Shown one piece after another: positions 18,660 through 28,237 of a DNA stretch of 64,000 nucleotides (positions are counted from its first letter, which is position 1; each line of letters starts with the position of its first letter). Below the pieces are notes generated by a model that saw nothing but the letters and a program-made list of their open reading frames with translations, did not search any database and was not told where the DNA came from. The position numbers and the translations under genes are program-made. Source of the DNA: Oscillospiraceae bacterium (GTDB lineage: Bacteria; Bacillota; Clostridia; Oscillospirales; SIG530); contig SVND01000002.1 in NCBI GenBank assembly GCA_015067075.1, positions 10,087-74,086 on the forward strand. The letters are read 5' to 3'.

Positions 18660-19319
18660 TTATGAAAGCAAAGCTAAAAACTTTCCGAAAAGCCCTGTTG
18701 CCATCAGAGCGCCGACAATGATGAGCAAAGCTCCGCTTACGATGTTGATTATATTATAATGCTTTTTGATAAAGGTAAAAGCGGTTTTCAGCTTGTCGAT
18801 CAAAATTGCGCTGATGAAAAAGGGAATACCAAGCCCTAACGAGTAAAGCAAAAGCATGATGATGCCCTGCATGATACTGCCTTGGCTTGCGGCGAGCATA
18901 AGAGCCGAGCCTAAAAACGCGCCGACGCACGGCGTCCAGCCAACGGAAAAAACTATTCCAAAAAGCAGGGAGGAGAAAAAGCCTAAATTTTCCGTCTTGG
19001 CAAAGCCCATACCTTTAAAGAGACTGAGCTTGAAAACGCCGAGAAAATGTAAACCGAAAAATATGACGATAAGTCCCGTAACGATGTTGACGGCTGTTTT
19101 GTGTTCGCTTAAAAGCTTGCCGAAGGTGGAAGCGAGAACGCCGAGGAGGATGAAAACAACTGTAAAGCCGAGGATGAAGCCGAGGGCGTTGATCACGGTC
19201 TTCTTCGTGCTTTTTTCCTTGCCGCCTGCAAAATATGAAACGTAGATGGGGAGCATTGGCAAAAGACAGGGCGAGATGAAGGTGATAATACCTTCTAAAA
19301 ATGAAATGAAATATTGCAT
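18660..19319 (-). CDS. ccdA: cytochrome c biogenesis protein CcdA / DsbD-family thiol-disulfide transporter
   Basis: Six-TM protein with FISPCLLPMLPIY and GWTPCVG Cys motifs. Adjacent to the TlpA-like gene. Confidence 0.85.
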   Translation of the reverse strand: MQYFISFLEGIITFISPCLLPMLPIYVSYFAGGKEKSTKKTVINALGFILGFTVVFILLGVLASTFGKLLSEHKTAVNIVTGLIVIFFGLHFLGVFKLSLFKGMGFAKTENLGFFSSLLFGIVFSVGWTPCVGAFLGSALMLAASQGSIMQGIIMLLLYSLGLGIPFFISAILIDKLKTAFTFIKKHYNIINIVSGALLIIVGALMATGLFGKFLALLS

Positions 19320-19423
19320 TAAGTTACTCCTTTGTATGGGCTGATATAATTATTATATCCGTTTTCTCGAACATGTCAAGTATATTATATATTAAAAAAA
19401 ACGCAATTACCGTAACTAAGTCA

Positions 19424-19457
19424 CAAAAAAAGAGCAAATACGTTTTGTATTTGCTCT
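19424..19457 (-). terminator. intrinsic terminator after the amino-acid ABC operon
   Basis: AGAGCAAATAC-loop-GTATTTGCTCT with a 7-T run on the minus strand. Confidence 0.8.
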
Positions 19458-19463
19458 TTAGCT

Positions 19464-20225
19464 TTAATCTTCGTTAAATCTTGCGAGGAAAGCTTTTGTA
19501 CGGGCGTTCGTCGGATTGTCAATAACATCGTGGGGATTACCCTGCTCGATGATATAACCGCCGTCCATGAAGATAACGCGGTCTGATACGTCGCGGGCAA
19601 AAGCCATTTCGTGAGTTACGATGACCATCGTCATTTTTTCATGGGCGAGCTGTTTGATAACCTTTAAAATTTCACCTGTAAGCTCCGGATCGAGAGCACT
19701 TGTGGGCTCGTCGAAAAACAGAATATCGGGGCTCATGGCAAGGGCGCGCGCTATGGCGACACGCTGCTGCTGACCGCCCGAAAGCTGATAGGGATAGGAA
19801 TCGGCCTTGTCGGAAAGACCGACTTTTTCTAAAAGCTCCAACGCGTTTTTATGCGCTTGCTCAGCGGGCAACTTTGCCACGTGAATTGGAGCTTCCGTTA
19901 AGTTTTGAAGCACGGTCATATGGGGAAACAGGTTGAAATTCTGGAAAACGAGACCGAATTTACGCTTTGCCGCACGTTGCTTTTCAGCATCGGCGTAAAT
20001 GCTCTTGCCGTTTACATCGCGGCAGATCTCAGTATCTCCGTAGCGTATACTGCCCTTATCGGCGCGCTCAAGCAGAGTACAACAGCGCAGAAGCGTTGAT
20101 TTACCTGAGCCTGACGGACCGATTATGGATAAGACCTCGCCCTTATCGATGGAGAAGGAGATGTCCAAAAGGACATCAACATTGCCGAAGGATTTAGAAA
20201 GATTTTCAACATTCAATACATTCAT
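19464..20225 (-). CDS. amino acid ABC transporter ATP-binding protein
   Basis: [13 protein letters not shown] Walker [16 protein letters not shown] signature, [14 protein letters not shown] Walker B. GlnQ/ArtP-like. Confidence 0.9.
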   Translation of the reverse strand: MNVLNVENLSKSFGNVDVLLDISFSIDKGEVLSIIGPSGSGKSTLLRCCTLLERADKGSIRYGDTEICRDVNGKSIYADAEKQRAAKRKFGLVFQNFNLFPHMTVLQNLTEAPIHVAKLPAEQAHKNALELLEKVGLSDKADSYPYQLSGGQQQRVAIARALAMSPDILFFDEPTSALDPELTGEILKVIKQLAHEKMTMVIVTHEMAFARDVSDRVIFMDGGYIIEQGNPHDVIDNPTNARTKAFLARFNED

Positions 20226-20237
20226 GGGCGTTTGTTC

Positions 20238-20882
20238 CTATCTATAATATGACAGCTTTTTCTCCGCAACGTTAAAGCATTTCGATACGACGGCATTCAT
20301 AATGAGATAGAATACACCTGCAATAACGATTGGAATGATGCTGACAAGCTGAGTTTGTAATCTTTCGGCGACACGTGTAATCTCGATAACGCCGATTATC
20401 TTCGCCAAGGAGGTATCTTTAACGAGCGTCATAAACTCGTTTCCCATGGGCGGAAGCACCTTTTTTATAACCTGGGGAAGAATTATTTTAAAAAACGTCT
20501 GCGTCTTTGTAAATCCAAGCACGCTTGCAGCTTCGCGCTGTCCCACGGGGATGCTTTCGATGCCGCCGCGGTATATTTCGCAAAAATATGCGGCGTAGTT
20601 AAGTCCAAAGGCGATCATTGCAGTTTGCATACGGCTAAAGCCCATAGCGCCAAGTCCGACGAACCAGAAAAATATGAGCTGTAGCATTAAGGGCGTACCC
20701 CTCATGACGAGAAGGTACGCTCTTATTATGTATTGCAACGGTGCAAATTTAGACATTCTGCCCAACGCAAGGATAAGACCCAAGGGCAATCCTATAAGAA
20801 GCGTTGCGCCAAACAGCGAGAGCGTTTCCAAGGAAGCTTCGCAAAGCTGTTTGCATATGTTCAACAATACATCAATGTTCAT
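20238..20882 (-). CDS. amino acid ABC transporter permease (His/Glu/Gln/Arg/opine family)
   Basis: Five-TM permease with EAA-like loop ..GIESIPVGQREAASVLGFTKTQTFFKIILPQ.. Confidence 0.9.
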   Translation of the reverse strand: MNIDVLLNICKQLCEASLETLSLFGATLLIGLPLGLILALGRMSKFAPLQYIIRAYLLVMRGTPLMLQLIFFWFVGLGAMGFSRMQTAMIAFGLNYAAYFCEIYRGGIESIPVGQREAASVLGFTKTQTFFKIILPQVIKKVLPPMGNEFMTLVKDTSLAKIIGVIEITRVAERLQTQLVSIIPIVIAGVFYLIMNAVVSKCFNVAEKKLSYYR

Positions 20883-20887
20883 TTCTG

Positions 20888-21739
20888 TTAGTTCTTAGCA
20901 GCGTCCTCAAGCTCTGTAAGGTGCTCAATGTAGTAACGAGCAACGATCTCGTCCATGATGACGACGTCGCCTGTGCCGTTTGCAAGCTCATACATAGCAA
21001 GAACGTTGTTTTCAACTTCAACAGCTTCTGCAAGGGAATCCTTAACAGCGGCGTTGCCTGCGAGAGCGTCAACAGCTGTGGAGCCTGCCTGTAAAACGGC
21101 AGTCTTTCCTGCAAGGTCAGCAAGAGTGCTGATGGGAGAGCTCTTGAGAGCTACAACTACCTGACGGTTAGCCATGTAGGATTCGCTAAGGTTCATAGCT
21201 TCTGCACGTGTTTCGTTGATCGTCATACCGTTCCAGATGCAGTCGATGTTGCCTGCGTTAAGCTCGCTGACGTTCTGAGCCCAAACGATAGGCTGAAGAA
21301 CAAGCTCGACGCCCATTCTCTTGCAAACTTCCTTAGCAAGGTCGATGTCGAAACCGATGATTTCGCCGTCCTTGTTGTAGCCCATGGGCGGGAAGCTATC
21401 GTCAAGACCGAGGATGAATTTGCCGGCTTCCTTAACCTTTGTCAAAGAGCCGTCATCTTCTGTTGCTGTGGGTACAAATGTGTCGGGAACTGTTGTAACG
21501 TCTGCGCCGAACCATGTGTTGGAGATGGAAGCGAGAGTGCCGTCAGCCTTCATTTCGCAAAGGATGCGCTGAACTTCGTCGCGAAGTGAGCAGTCAGCCT
21601 TACGGAAACCGATACCGTACTGTTCATCAGCAAGAGTTTCGTCGAGAACCTTGTATTCGCGAGCTGTCTGACCTGAGCAGCCTGCGAACATTACTGCGAT
21701 AAGGAGCATCGCAAGAACGAGTGAGAGAATTTTTTTCAT
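20888..21739 (-). CDS. amino acid ABC transporter substrate-binding lipoprotein
   Basis: Lipobox MKKILSLVLAMLLIAVMFAGC-SG and a family-3 SBP core (..GFDIDLAKEVCKRMG..DCIWNGMTI..). Confidence 0.9.
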   Translation of the reverse strand: MKKILSLVLAMLLIAVMFAGCSGQTAREYKVLDETLADEQYGIGFRKADCSLRDEVQRILCEMKADGTLASISNTWFGADVTTVPDTFVPTATEDDGSLTKVKEAGKFILGLDDSFPPMGYNKDGEIIGFDIDLAKEVCKRMGVELVLQPIVWAQNVSELNAGNIDCIWNGMTINETRAEAMNLSESYMANRQVVVALKSSPISTLADLAGKTAVLQAGSTAVDALAGNAAVKDSLAEAVEVENNVLAMYELANGTGDVVIMDEIVARYYIEHLTELEDAAKN

Positions 21740-21793
21740 CTTTTTTTCCTCCGTTTATGTGTGAAGCTTTTCGCTTCATAATTTATGTGATAT

Positions 21794-21822
21794 ATTATAC
21801 ACTAAAATTTCATTATTGTAAA
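21794..21822 (-). promoter_or_regulatory. sigma-A-type promoter for the amino-acid ABC operon (TTTACA-17-TATAAT)
   Basis: Minus strand: TTTACA at 21822..21817, 17-nt spacer, TATAAT at 21799..21794. The ~55-nt 5' UTR contains a TGAAGC-gaaa-GCTTCA hairpin. Confidence 0.5.
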
Positions 21823-22012
21823 GTGCTAAAACACAAAAAAGTGAAATATTTTATAAAAAAACAGAGCTGAATTGGGAAAATTGCACGTTGACGGCGCATA
21901 CAGATTGTTTTTTTAGGAGTAACGCGATGGAAACATGGCATTCAATGCTATGATAAGCGTAATTTAAACACCCGACAGATCATATTCTTCTCTATCGGGT
22001 GTGTTTGATGAG

Positions 22013-23134
22013 TTATTTCTTTTTTTCGCGTCCTTCGCGGATAACGTAGACGAGCATATCGCGCCGTCCAAATTCGTTGCATTCTTCCTCTGTTTCATAG
22101 AAAAGGTCAACGCGCATATTTTTTATTGCGCCGCCGCAATCCTCCGCAACACAGTAGCCGTAAACGACGCCGCCGCGCGGTGAAACGATATACATCTTAC
22201 TGCCATAGGGGATTATTTTCGGGTCAACTGCGATATAGCCGACCTGAACGGGCTTACCTGTGGCTGTAACTGGGCCTGCGGCGTAGGAATAAGCCGTGGC
22301 TTTTACCTTGAGCATATAAAGGTACTCAACCTCGTTGCCGTCCTTATCGGTGAAGGTGGGCAGATTATCGGGGTCGTATGTAGGCTTGACGTAAGGTGTG
22401 GGTGTAGGCGTTCCGATGGGAGTAGGTGTCGGTGTCGGAGTGGGCGTGGGGGAGGGTTTCGTGCCGTAGGCAATGACGGTGTTGATTGGATTTTTCAGCG
22501 TTACGCTTTCAAGCTGTGATACCTCGGTCAGCACGCCGTCAACGTATTTAAGCTGTTCAACTATCTCCAAAAGTCCGTATTCTCCCGTTACGGATACCTC
22601 CGTATTTCCTTTAAGCAAGGTTTTATCCTCAACAGTTTCCGTACTGTAAGGGATGCGCTCAGTGACAACGTCGGTAACGTAGTCTACGCGCGTTATGTCG
22701 ATCTGCATCTCGGGAGCGACGGTAGCGCTTACGGAATGGGAAAGAATATCGTCGCTGTCGTACGTTATATCAAGTTGGTCTAAAATTGAAGCGACGGTGC
22801 CGCCTGATGATAAAGCGGTAGAAGTGCTTCCGTCAGCGGTGACGTGGACGGGAAATTCGGTAGTGATTGAAATTTCAGTCGTATTCCATGATAATTGAGT
22901 TTCCGTTACCTTATCATATTGCCCGAGAGAGATGTCAAGATGCTTCAAAACTTCGTGTGTTTCTTTTGATAAGAGCGAGCGATGGGTGAATACTTCACCG
23001 TCGACGGTTACGTGGAAAAAGCGCACGGAAAGGAGCAAAAGTGCAAGCAAAAGTACAAACGCCAACACGAGAATAAATATAGCGGGACCAAGGTTCATCG
23101 AGTCCTGTTTTTTCTTGGCTGAATCGTTGTTCAT
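22013..23134 (-). CDS. secreted cell-wall protein with DUF348-like repeats, G5-like region, Pro/Thr linker and C-terminal 3D domain (YabE/RpfB-like)
   Basis: N-terminal TM helix, linker [21 protein letters not shown], and C-terminus ..ATAYSY..ATGKPVQVGYIAVDPKIIPYGSKMYIV..VAEDCGGAIKNMRVDLFY. The start is taken at ATG 23134 (GGAGG 5 nt upstream). Confidence 0.8.
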   Translation of the reverse strand: MNNDSAKKKQDSMNLGPAIFILVLAFVLLLALLLLSVRFFHVTVDGEVFTHRSLLSKETHEVLKHLDISLGQYDKVTETQLSWNTTEISITTEFPVHVTADGSTSTALSSGGTVASILDQLDITYDSDDILSHSVSATVAPEMQIDITRVDYVTDVVTERIPYSTETVEDKTLLKGNTEVSVTGEYGLLEIVEQLKYVDGVLTEVSQLESVTLKNPINTVIAYGTKPSPTPTPTPTPTPIGTPTPTPYVKPTYDPDNLPTFTDKDGNEVEYLYMLKVKATAYSYAAGPVTATGKPVQVGYIAVDPKIIPYGSKMYIVSPRGGVVYGYCVAEDCGGAIKNMRVDLFYETEEECNEFGRRDMLVYVIREGREKKK

Positions 23135-23318
23135 AAAAACCTCCATGTAGATCTGAACTTAAACGCATATTGAAATATTATATGCAAAATGCATTAAAAT
23201 ATGCTTAAAATTCAAACTTATATGGGTAATTTCACGAGTTTTTTCTTTGAAAAAACGCAAAAAAACCAAATTAAGTGCAAACGGAGAGCAAAATCGCTCT
23301 CCGTTTGAATATAAAATG

Positions 23319-23723
23319 TTATCTTTTTGAGAACTGGGGAGCGCGACGGGCTGCCTTGAGACCGTACTTCTTTCTTTCCTTCATTCTCGGGTCGCGAGTA
23401 AGGAATCCTGCCTTCTTGAGAGGAGCGCGGAATTCGTCGCCAGCCTGAAGGAGAGCGCGAGAAAGACCATGACGGATAGCGCCTGCCTGACCGGAAACGC
23501 CGCCGCCGATAACTGTAGCGATTATATCAAACTTGCCTTCTGTGCCTGTAACTGCGAAGGGCTGTCTGACGATGAGCTTAAGAGTATCAAGACCGAAGTA
23601 ATCGTCGATGTCACGACCGTTGATCGTAACAACGCCTGTGCCGGGAATGATGCGGACGCGGGCGACAGAGCTCTTTCTTCTGCCTGTGCCGTAGAAATAC
23701 GGCTTTGTGTTATAGTTAACCAT
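23319..23723 (-). CDS. rpsI: 30S ribosomal protein S9
   Basis: ..[16 protein letters not shown].. and C-terminus ..[17 protein letters not shown]. Confidence 0.96.
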   Translation of the reverse strand: MVNYNTKPYFYGTGRRKSSVARVRIIPGTGVVTINGRDIDDYFGLDTLKLIVRQPFAVTGTEGKFDIIATVIGGGVSGQAGAIRHGLSRALLQAGDEFRAPLKKAGFLTRDPRMKERKKYGLKAARRAPQFSKR

Positions 23724-23737
23724 TCTTCATTTCCTCC

Positions 23738-24166
23738 TTACTTCGTGTATGCTTCCGGCTTCTGAGCTGCGTTGTTGTGCTCTGCGCCGCTGTAGATGTG
23801 AAGTCTCTTAAGGCTGTTTCTGCCGATAGAGTTTGCGGGAAGCATGCGCTTTACAGCAAGAGAGAAAGCGAGCTCGGGCTTTGTTGCCATGAGCTTTCCG
23901 TATTTTACTTCTTTGAGACCGCCAACGTAACCGCTGTGTGTTCTGTACATCTTCTGCTCAAGCTTCTTACCTGTGAGAACAACTTTGGAAGCGTTGATAA
24001 CGATAACGTTGTCGCCGCAGTCAACGTGCGGTGTGAACGTGGTCTTGTGCTTGCCGCGAAGAAGAACAGCGACATCAGAAGCGACACGACCGAGAGATTT
24101 GCCGGCAGCGTCAATGATATACCATTTGCGCGTGACGGTTTCAGGTTTTGCCATGTAGGTGGACAT
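23738..24166 (-). CDS. rplM: 50S ribosomal protein L13
   Basis: ..[44 protein letters not shown].. Confidence 0.96.
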   Translation of the reverse strand: MSTYMAKPETVTRKWYIIDAAGKSLGRVASDVAVLLRGKHKTTFTPHVDCGDNVIVINASKVVLTGKKLEQKMYRTHSGYVGGLKEVKYGKLMATKPELAFSLAVKRMLPANSIGRNSLKRLHIYSGAEHNNAAQKPEAYTK

Positions 24167-24240
24167 TCGGTTTACCCCCGTAATTAATATATTTTTATTT
24201 TTTTACGCTAAACATAACGCCTTTTTTCAGGCGCTCGAAT

Positions 24241-24269
24241 ATTATATATGTTTTTTATCATTTTGTCAA
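24241..24269 (-). promoter_or_regulatory. perfect consensus sigma-A promoter (TTGACA-17-TATAAT) for rplM-rpsI
   Basis: Minus strand: TTGACA at 24269..24264, 17-nt spacer, TATAAT at 24246..24241. The ~70-nt leader has a small CGCCT-gaaaaa-AGGCG hairpin, possibly an L13-leader-type element (not verifiable here). Confidence 0.55.
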
Positions 24270-24420
24270 GAGGTTTTTTCAAAAAAAATAATTTACCGCT
24301 GATGAACTCTTTAAATCTCGCTCAATCTCTTTAAATCTCCTGTTTTCTCATTTTGCAATTTCGTTTTTTTGTACAAAATATATGCCGTTTCTGTTGCGAA
24401 ACGGCAAAAAATATAAAAAT

Positions 24421-24915
24421 TCAGCTTTTTTTCGTCTGCCAATATGCGTCGTGTCCCATGAGAACGGCGATAGCGACGAGGATTGCGCCAACGGTTATGA
24501 ATGAGTCGGCAACGTTGAAAACGGCAAAATCCACAAACAAAAACTCAAACATATCCACAACGTAGCCCTTAAGGAAAATTCCACTTCTGAACATTCTGTC
24601 GATTATATTGCCTATACCGCCGCCGATGATGAAAGCAAGAGCGACGGTAAACAGGTCGAGCTTGAGATTTTTTCTTGTGAAAAGATAGACGGAAACTGCG
24701 GCAATGAGAATGATGGTGAAAATTGAAAGTATCTCGGTGTGCTCGCTGAAAATACTGAAAGCAGCACCTGTATTATGAACGTAGCGCAAGCCGAAAATTC
24801 CGTCAATCAGCGTTACGCTCTCGCCCAGCGCCATATTTCCAACAACGATGAGCTTTGAGATCTGGTCTAAAACGACGATGCCGATAATGATAAGTGTTAA
24901 AAATAAATATATCAT
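24421..24915 (-). CDS. lspA: lipoprotein signal peptidase (signal peptidase II)
   Basis: ..YVHNTGAAFSIF.., ..GGGIGNIIDR.., ..VVDMF..FAVFNVADSFITVG.. Confidence 0.9.
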   Translation of the reverse strand: MIYLFLTLIIIGIVVLDQISKLIVVGNMALGESVTLIDGIFGLRYVHNTGAAFSIFSEHTEILSIFTIILIAAVSVYLFTRKNLKLDLFTVALAFIIGGGIGNIIDRMFRSGIFLKGYVVDMFEFLFVDFAVFNVADSFITVGAILVAIAVLMGHDAYWQTKKS

Positions 24916-24972
24916 AAAATATCTCCCTATGTTTATGCAGATATTTTACCACATATTTATCGGCAAGTCAAG

Positions 24973-25353
24973 TCAGAACACGTTTTCAAAGCTGATTATA
25001 TGCATATTTATTATATTTTCTATGACAGAGCGCGTAGCGGCAAGCTCGGCGCGAAGCGGCTCTGTATCGCCGATGAGGGCGTATTCGCAGATAGTTTTTA
25101 TTCCGCTGTCTGCCTGCTCCAGCTCCTCGTGGTGATTGAGCACGCTGTAAAAGGGCTTGCATTTTTCCCAATAGTTGTCGATGTCGTCAGCAAGCTTCGC
25201 AATATTATCCAAGTTGCCCTTTTGGCAAAGGATATAAAGCTCGTCCATCATAGAAAGCATTTTTTCGCCGGTTTTCCGCATATATTCCGCGTCTATTATA
25301 CAAAATGTAAGTATAATACATAATATAATAAAAGCAATAAGGGCGCGTTTCAT
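24973..25353 (-). CDS. DUF4363-like small membrane-anchored protein
   Basis: N-terminal TM helix plus a helical domain with ..YWEKCKPFYSVLNHHEELEQ.. It sits directly downstream of a DUF421 (YetF-like) gene, a pairing I recall as typical for this family. Confidence 0.55.
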   Translation of the reverse strand: MKRALIAFIILCIILTFCIIDAEYMRKTGEKMLSMMDELYILCQKGNLDNIAKLADDIDNYWEKCKPFYSVLNHHEELEQADSGIKTICEYALIGDTEPLRAELAATRSVIENIINMHIISFENVF

Positions 25354-25360
25354 TTTTACC

Positions 25361-26059
25361 TCACTTTGTTATCATATTCGTTCCGTCTACGTCATTTTTT
25401 AAGCAGAAAGCTGTCTTGCCGTCTTTGTCTACCGTCATAAGCAGTATCTGTTCGGGAGTAAGATTGCGTTGCTTCAGCTTTTTTGTAAGCCAAGCCATAT
25501 CGTAACCGCTGTTTTTCAAAGCATCGCCGTAAACTGAGCCGTCCATGATGATAGCGGCGGGAATGCCCTTGTAATCAGTTTTTATGCCCATATCCTTACG
25601 TGTCGGCTGATCGTTTTCAGGCTTAAGCATCACGCTGAGTTGTCCGTTCGTTTCCAAAACGGCATAATCCACGGTGGAAATGTCGAATACGTTTTTCAGT
25701 CTAAGCTCTTCTGAAAGATCGTCCATACTTATGCGGTGCTTTTGAAGCGACTTTGTGCAGACGGTTCCTTTTGCGATAAGGACGGATGGAGTGCCGTATA
25801 TTTTATTGCGCAGTTTTCTGCTTTTCAGCGACGCGCCCGAAAGCAAAAGCTCCATGCACATGAGGGCGACAAGGGGGATTATTCCGTTGATGAGCGGTAT
25901 GCCTGTGTCCTGCATGGGCACGGCTACAAGGTCGGACACAAGGATAGCCATGACAAGCTCCGTAGGCTGTAGCTGACCGATCTGACGTTTTCCCGACATA
26001 CGCATTGCGATAATAAGCAAGGTATATAAAATAAGTGTGCGGAAAAGTACGACACCCAT
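25361..26059 (-). CDS. DUF421 (YetF-like) membrane protein
   Basis: N-terminus ..LIIAMRMSGKRQIGQLQPTELVMAILVSDL.. and a C-terminal soluble domain. Family recognised from memory. Confidence 0.7.
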   Translation of the reverse strand: MGVVLFRTLILYTLLIIAMRMSGKRQIGQLQPTELVMAILVSDLVAVPMQDTGIPLINGIIPLVALMCMELLLSGASLKSRKLRNKIYGTPSVLIAKGTVCTKSLQKHRISMDDLSEELRLKNVFDISTVDYAVLETNGQLSVMLKPENDQPTRKDMGIKTDYKGIPAAIIMDGSVYGDALKNSGYDMAWLTKKLKQRNLTPEQILLMTVDKDGKTAFCLKNDVDGTNMITK

Positions 26060-26071
26060 ATTGCCTCCGTT

Positions 26072-26221
26072 TTACAGATCGTCCGCGTCCTGCACGGGCT
26101 TTTCATATTTGTCCTTCGGTATGCCTGTATAGCTACCCTGGGGATCTGTCTTGCTGTAGTTATCATCCGTAATTTGTTTGACTTTTTCTGTTGCAATCGT
26201 GTTTTTTTCTTGTTTTTTCAT
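26072..26221 (-). CDS. small hydrophilic protein (49 aa), not in ORF track
   Basis: Manual translation gives MKKQEKNTIATEKVKQITDDNYSKTDPQGSYTGIPKDKYEKPVQDADDL. GAAAGGA RBS. The stop lies 12 nt before the DUF421 start (GGAGG RBS in between), suggesting co-transcription. Confidence 0.45.
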   Translation of the reverse strand: MKKQEKNTIATEKVKQITDDNYSKTDPQGSYTGIPKDKYEKPVQDADDL

Positions 26222-26280
26222 AAAAACGGTCCTTTCTTCGTTATAAATTATAGTATTTCAAAAAAAATTTAAAAAATGAG

Positions 26281-26309
26281 TTGAAAAATTTAAAAATATG
26301 GTGTATAAT
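26281..26309 (+). promoter_or_regulatory. sigma-A-type promoter for SRP RNA (TTGAAA-17-TATAAT)
   Basis: TTGAAA at 26281-26286, 17-nt spacer, TATAAT at 26304-26309. Confidence 0.55.
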
Positions 26310-26317
26310 ATAAAAAC

Positions 26318-26504
26318 AAAGACCGGAATCGTATGAGCATTTCGAAAGAGTACTGCCGGTTCAGGGCAGAGCCCGCTTGAACGGGATGCCGTGAACCATG
26401 TCAGGTGGGGAACCAAGCAGCATTAAGCGGATTTTGCCGTGTTTTGCGCAAGCCCTGTCCTGAACCGACAGCATTGTACCGAAGCATACGTACCGGTCTT
26501 TTTT
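26318..26504 (+). ncRNA. ffs: signal recognition particle RNA (small cytoplasmic / 4.5S-type RNA)
   Basis: Terminal helix AAAGACCGG..CGTATG / CATACG..CCGGTCTTT, then a T run. The long helix TGCCGGTTCAGGGCAG / CTGTCCTGAACCGACA is also present. The domain IV core GTCAGGTGG-GGAA-CCAAGCAGC matches the conserved GUCAGGUCC-GGAA-GGAAGCAGC motif with a GGAA tetraloop. The position just upstream of dnaX is the classic Firmicute arrangement. Boundaries are +/- a few nt. Confidence 0.8.
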
Positions 26505-26530
26505 CAAAAAAAGGCGGAAAGGATAAGATT

Positions 26531-28174
26531 ATGGCGTATCAGGCATTGTACAGAAAGTGGCGTCCCATGGCGTTTGCCGATGTGGTGGGACAGCCTCACG
26601 TAACGGAAACGTTTAAAAACCAAATAATTACGGGTAAGGTTGGCCACGCGTATATTTTTACGGGAACGCGCGGCACAGGTAAAACGACCTGCGCAAAGAT
26701 ACTGTCGAAGGCTGTAAATTGCGAGCATCCGGTTGACGGCGATCCCTGCAACGAATGCCCCTCCTGCGTTGCAATAAACGAGGGAAGCGTATACGACGTT
26801 TTTGAAATGGACGCGGCGAGCAACAGCAGAGTTGACGATATGCGCTCTGTCCTTGACGCTGTAATTTATACGCCGGCGCAGGTTAAAAAACGCGTTTATA
26901 TCATTGACGAGGTGCATAATCTGTCCTCGTCTGCATTTAATGCGCTTTTAAAAACGCTGGAAGAGCCGCCTGAGCACGCGCTTTTTATCCTTGCAACAAC
27001 GGAAATAAACAAAGTTCCCGCAACTATATTGTCGCGTTGTCAGCGTTTTGATTTCAGACGCATTACAACGGCTGACATTGCGGGCAGAATCAAATATATA
27101 TGCGAGCAGGAAAAGATAGAGGCTGATGAGGATGCGATAACGCTTATTGCGAAGCTCGGCGACGGCTCCATGCGTGACGCGCTTTCGATTCTTGATCAGT
27201 GTATTGCCATAACGAAGGGTATGCTTACCGCTGACGGAGTAAGAGAAGCTGTTGGTGTAATGGATGAAAAGTATCTTTTTGAAATATCTGCCGCGGCAAA
27301 AGCCGGTGATACTACGGCTGTTATTGAGATTTTTGACAAGGTATATTCACAGGGAAAGGACGTATCGCTTTTCTGCTCCGAGCTTTTGTCCCATTTCAGA
27401 GATATACTTATAATGAAAACGGCGAACGAGCCGCAGACACTCCTTGATTGCACGACGGAGACACTGAGAATGCTTGAGAGGGTTTCTGCAAAATATACGG
27501 TGGAAAGCGCACTTTACGCCATATACGTGCTCGATGAAATACACGGAAGACTTCCTTTTTCCGTATCGAATAAGCGCGTTGAAATGGAAATTGCCCTTTT
27601 GAAGCTGTGTTCGCGCCGATATTCCGCAGAGCCGCAGGCGATAGCTGCGAGAATGAGCGAGCTTGAAGCGGAGCTTATAACGCTGAAGGCGGCACTTGAC
27701 GGAAAAACCGTTATAGTCGCGGAAAAGGCAGATGAGCAGGAAATGCCAACAAAGCCGATGGCGGCTGAAGAGCCGAAGGCGGAGAAAAAGGAAAAGCCGA
27801 AGCCCAGAGCATCAACTGCGGAGGAACGGGCGAAGGCAAAGGAAATACTTGAAAGCATCAAACAAACGGCAAAGCAAAACGACGAGCTGATGATTTTTTC
27901 GCGCTTAAAGGAAGCATCGGCATACTACGCTGACGGCGTTTTGACGATAAAACTGCCTGATAAGTTTTCCGTAAAGCTTTTTGAAAACGGAACGGCTAAA
28001 AGCCAGATAACGAAATATGCCACAGCGGCGGCAGGCGAGGCCGTCGTATTGAAGCTGACAAGCGTGGATGACGAAATAGAGGCGGAGCAAGAGGAAAAGC
28101 CGAAAAGAACAACGAAAGCTGATGTTTCCGAGCTTGCCGATGCCTTTCCTGACATAATAGACGTTGAAGAATGA
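26531..28174 (+). CDS. dnaX: DNA polymerase III subunits gamma/tau
   Basis: MAYQALYRKWRPMAFADVVGQ.., GTRGTGKTT Walker A, Zn module CEHPVDGDPCNECPSC, IIDEVH, SRCQRF. The track start at 26405 would read through the SRP RNA; ATG 26531 has a GGAAAGGA RBS. Confidence 0.94.
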   Translation: MAYQALYRKWRPMAFADVVGQPHVTETFKNQIITGKVGHAYIFTGTRGTGKTTCAKILSKAVNCEHPVDGDPCNECPSCVAINEGSVYDVFEMDAASNSRVDDMRSVLDAVIYTPAQVKKRVYIIDEVHNLSSSAFNALLKTLEEPPEHALFILATTEINKVPATILSRCQRFDFRRITTADIAGRIKYICEQEKIEADEDAITLIAKLGDGSMRDALSILDQCIAITKGMLTADGVREAVGVMDEKYLFEISAAAKAGDTTAVIEIFDKVYSQGKDVSLFCSELLSHFRDILIMKTANEPQTLLDCTTETLRMLERVSAKYTVESALYAIYVLDEIHGRLPFSVSNKRVEMEIALLKLCSRRYSAEPQAIAARMSELEAELITLKAALDGKTVIVAEKADEQEMPTKPMAAEEPKAEKKEKPKPRASTAEERAKAKEILESIKQTAKQNDELMIFSRLKEASAYYADGVLTIKLPDKFSVKLFENGTAKSQITKYATAAAGEAVVLKLTSVDDEIEAEQEEKPKRTTKADVSELADAFPDIIDVEE

Positions 28175-28187
28175 GCTTATAATAACA

Positions 28188-28220
28188 AGTGGTACTATAC
28201 TACAGCTATACAGTACCACT
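28188..28220 (+). other. 9-bp stem hairpin between dnaX and the next gene (no U-tract)
   Basis: AGTGGTACT-15 nt-AGTACCACT. It is followed by GAAAAAGAGGG (the RBS of the next gene), so it may be a partial terminator, processing site or stabiliser. Confidence 0.3.
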
Positions 28221-28237
28221 GAAAAAGAGGGTTAAAA

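Noticed and set aside
21927-21953. Tiny ORF METWHSML with an AGGAG RBS on the + strand
   Set aside because: It is 8 codons long with no downstream + strand gene it could regulate, so it is most likely chance.
23135-23318. Possible c-di-AMP (ydaO-type) riboswitch upstream of the 3D-domain cell-wall gene
   Set aside because: I looked for one because such genes often carry it. The leader is short and AT-rich, and it lacks the paired pseudo-symmetric helices and conserved ACGGGGA-type elements.
26405-26530. N-terminal 42-codon extension of the dnaX ORF in the track
   Set aside because: The extension reads through the SRP RNA gene. The conserved DnaX N-terminus (MAYQALYRKWRP) starts at ATG 26531, which has a good RBS.
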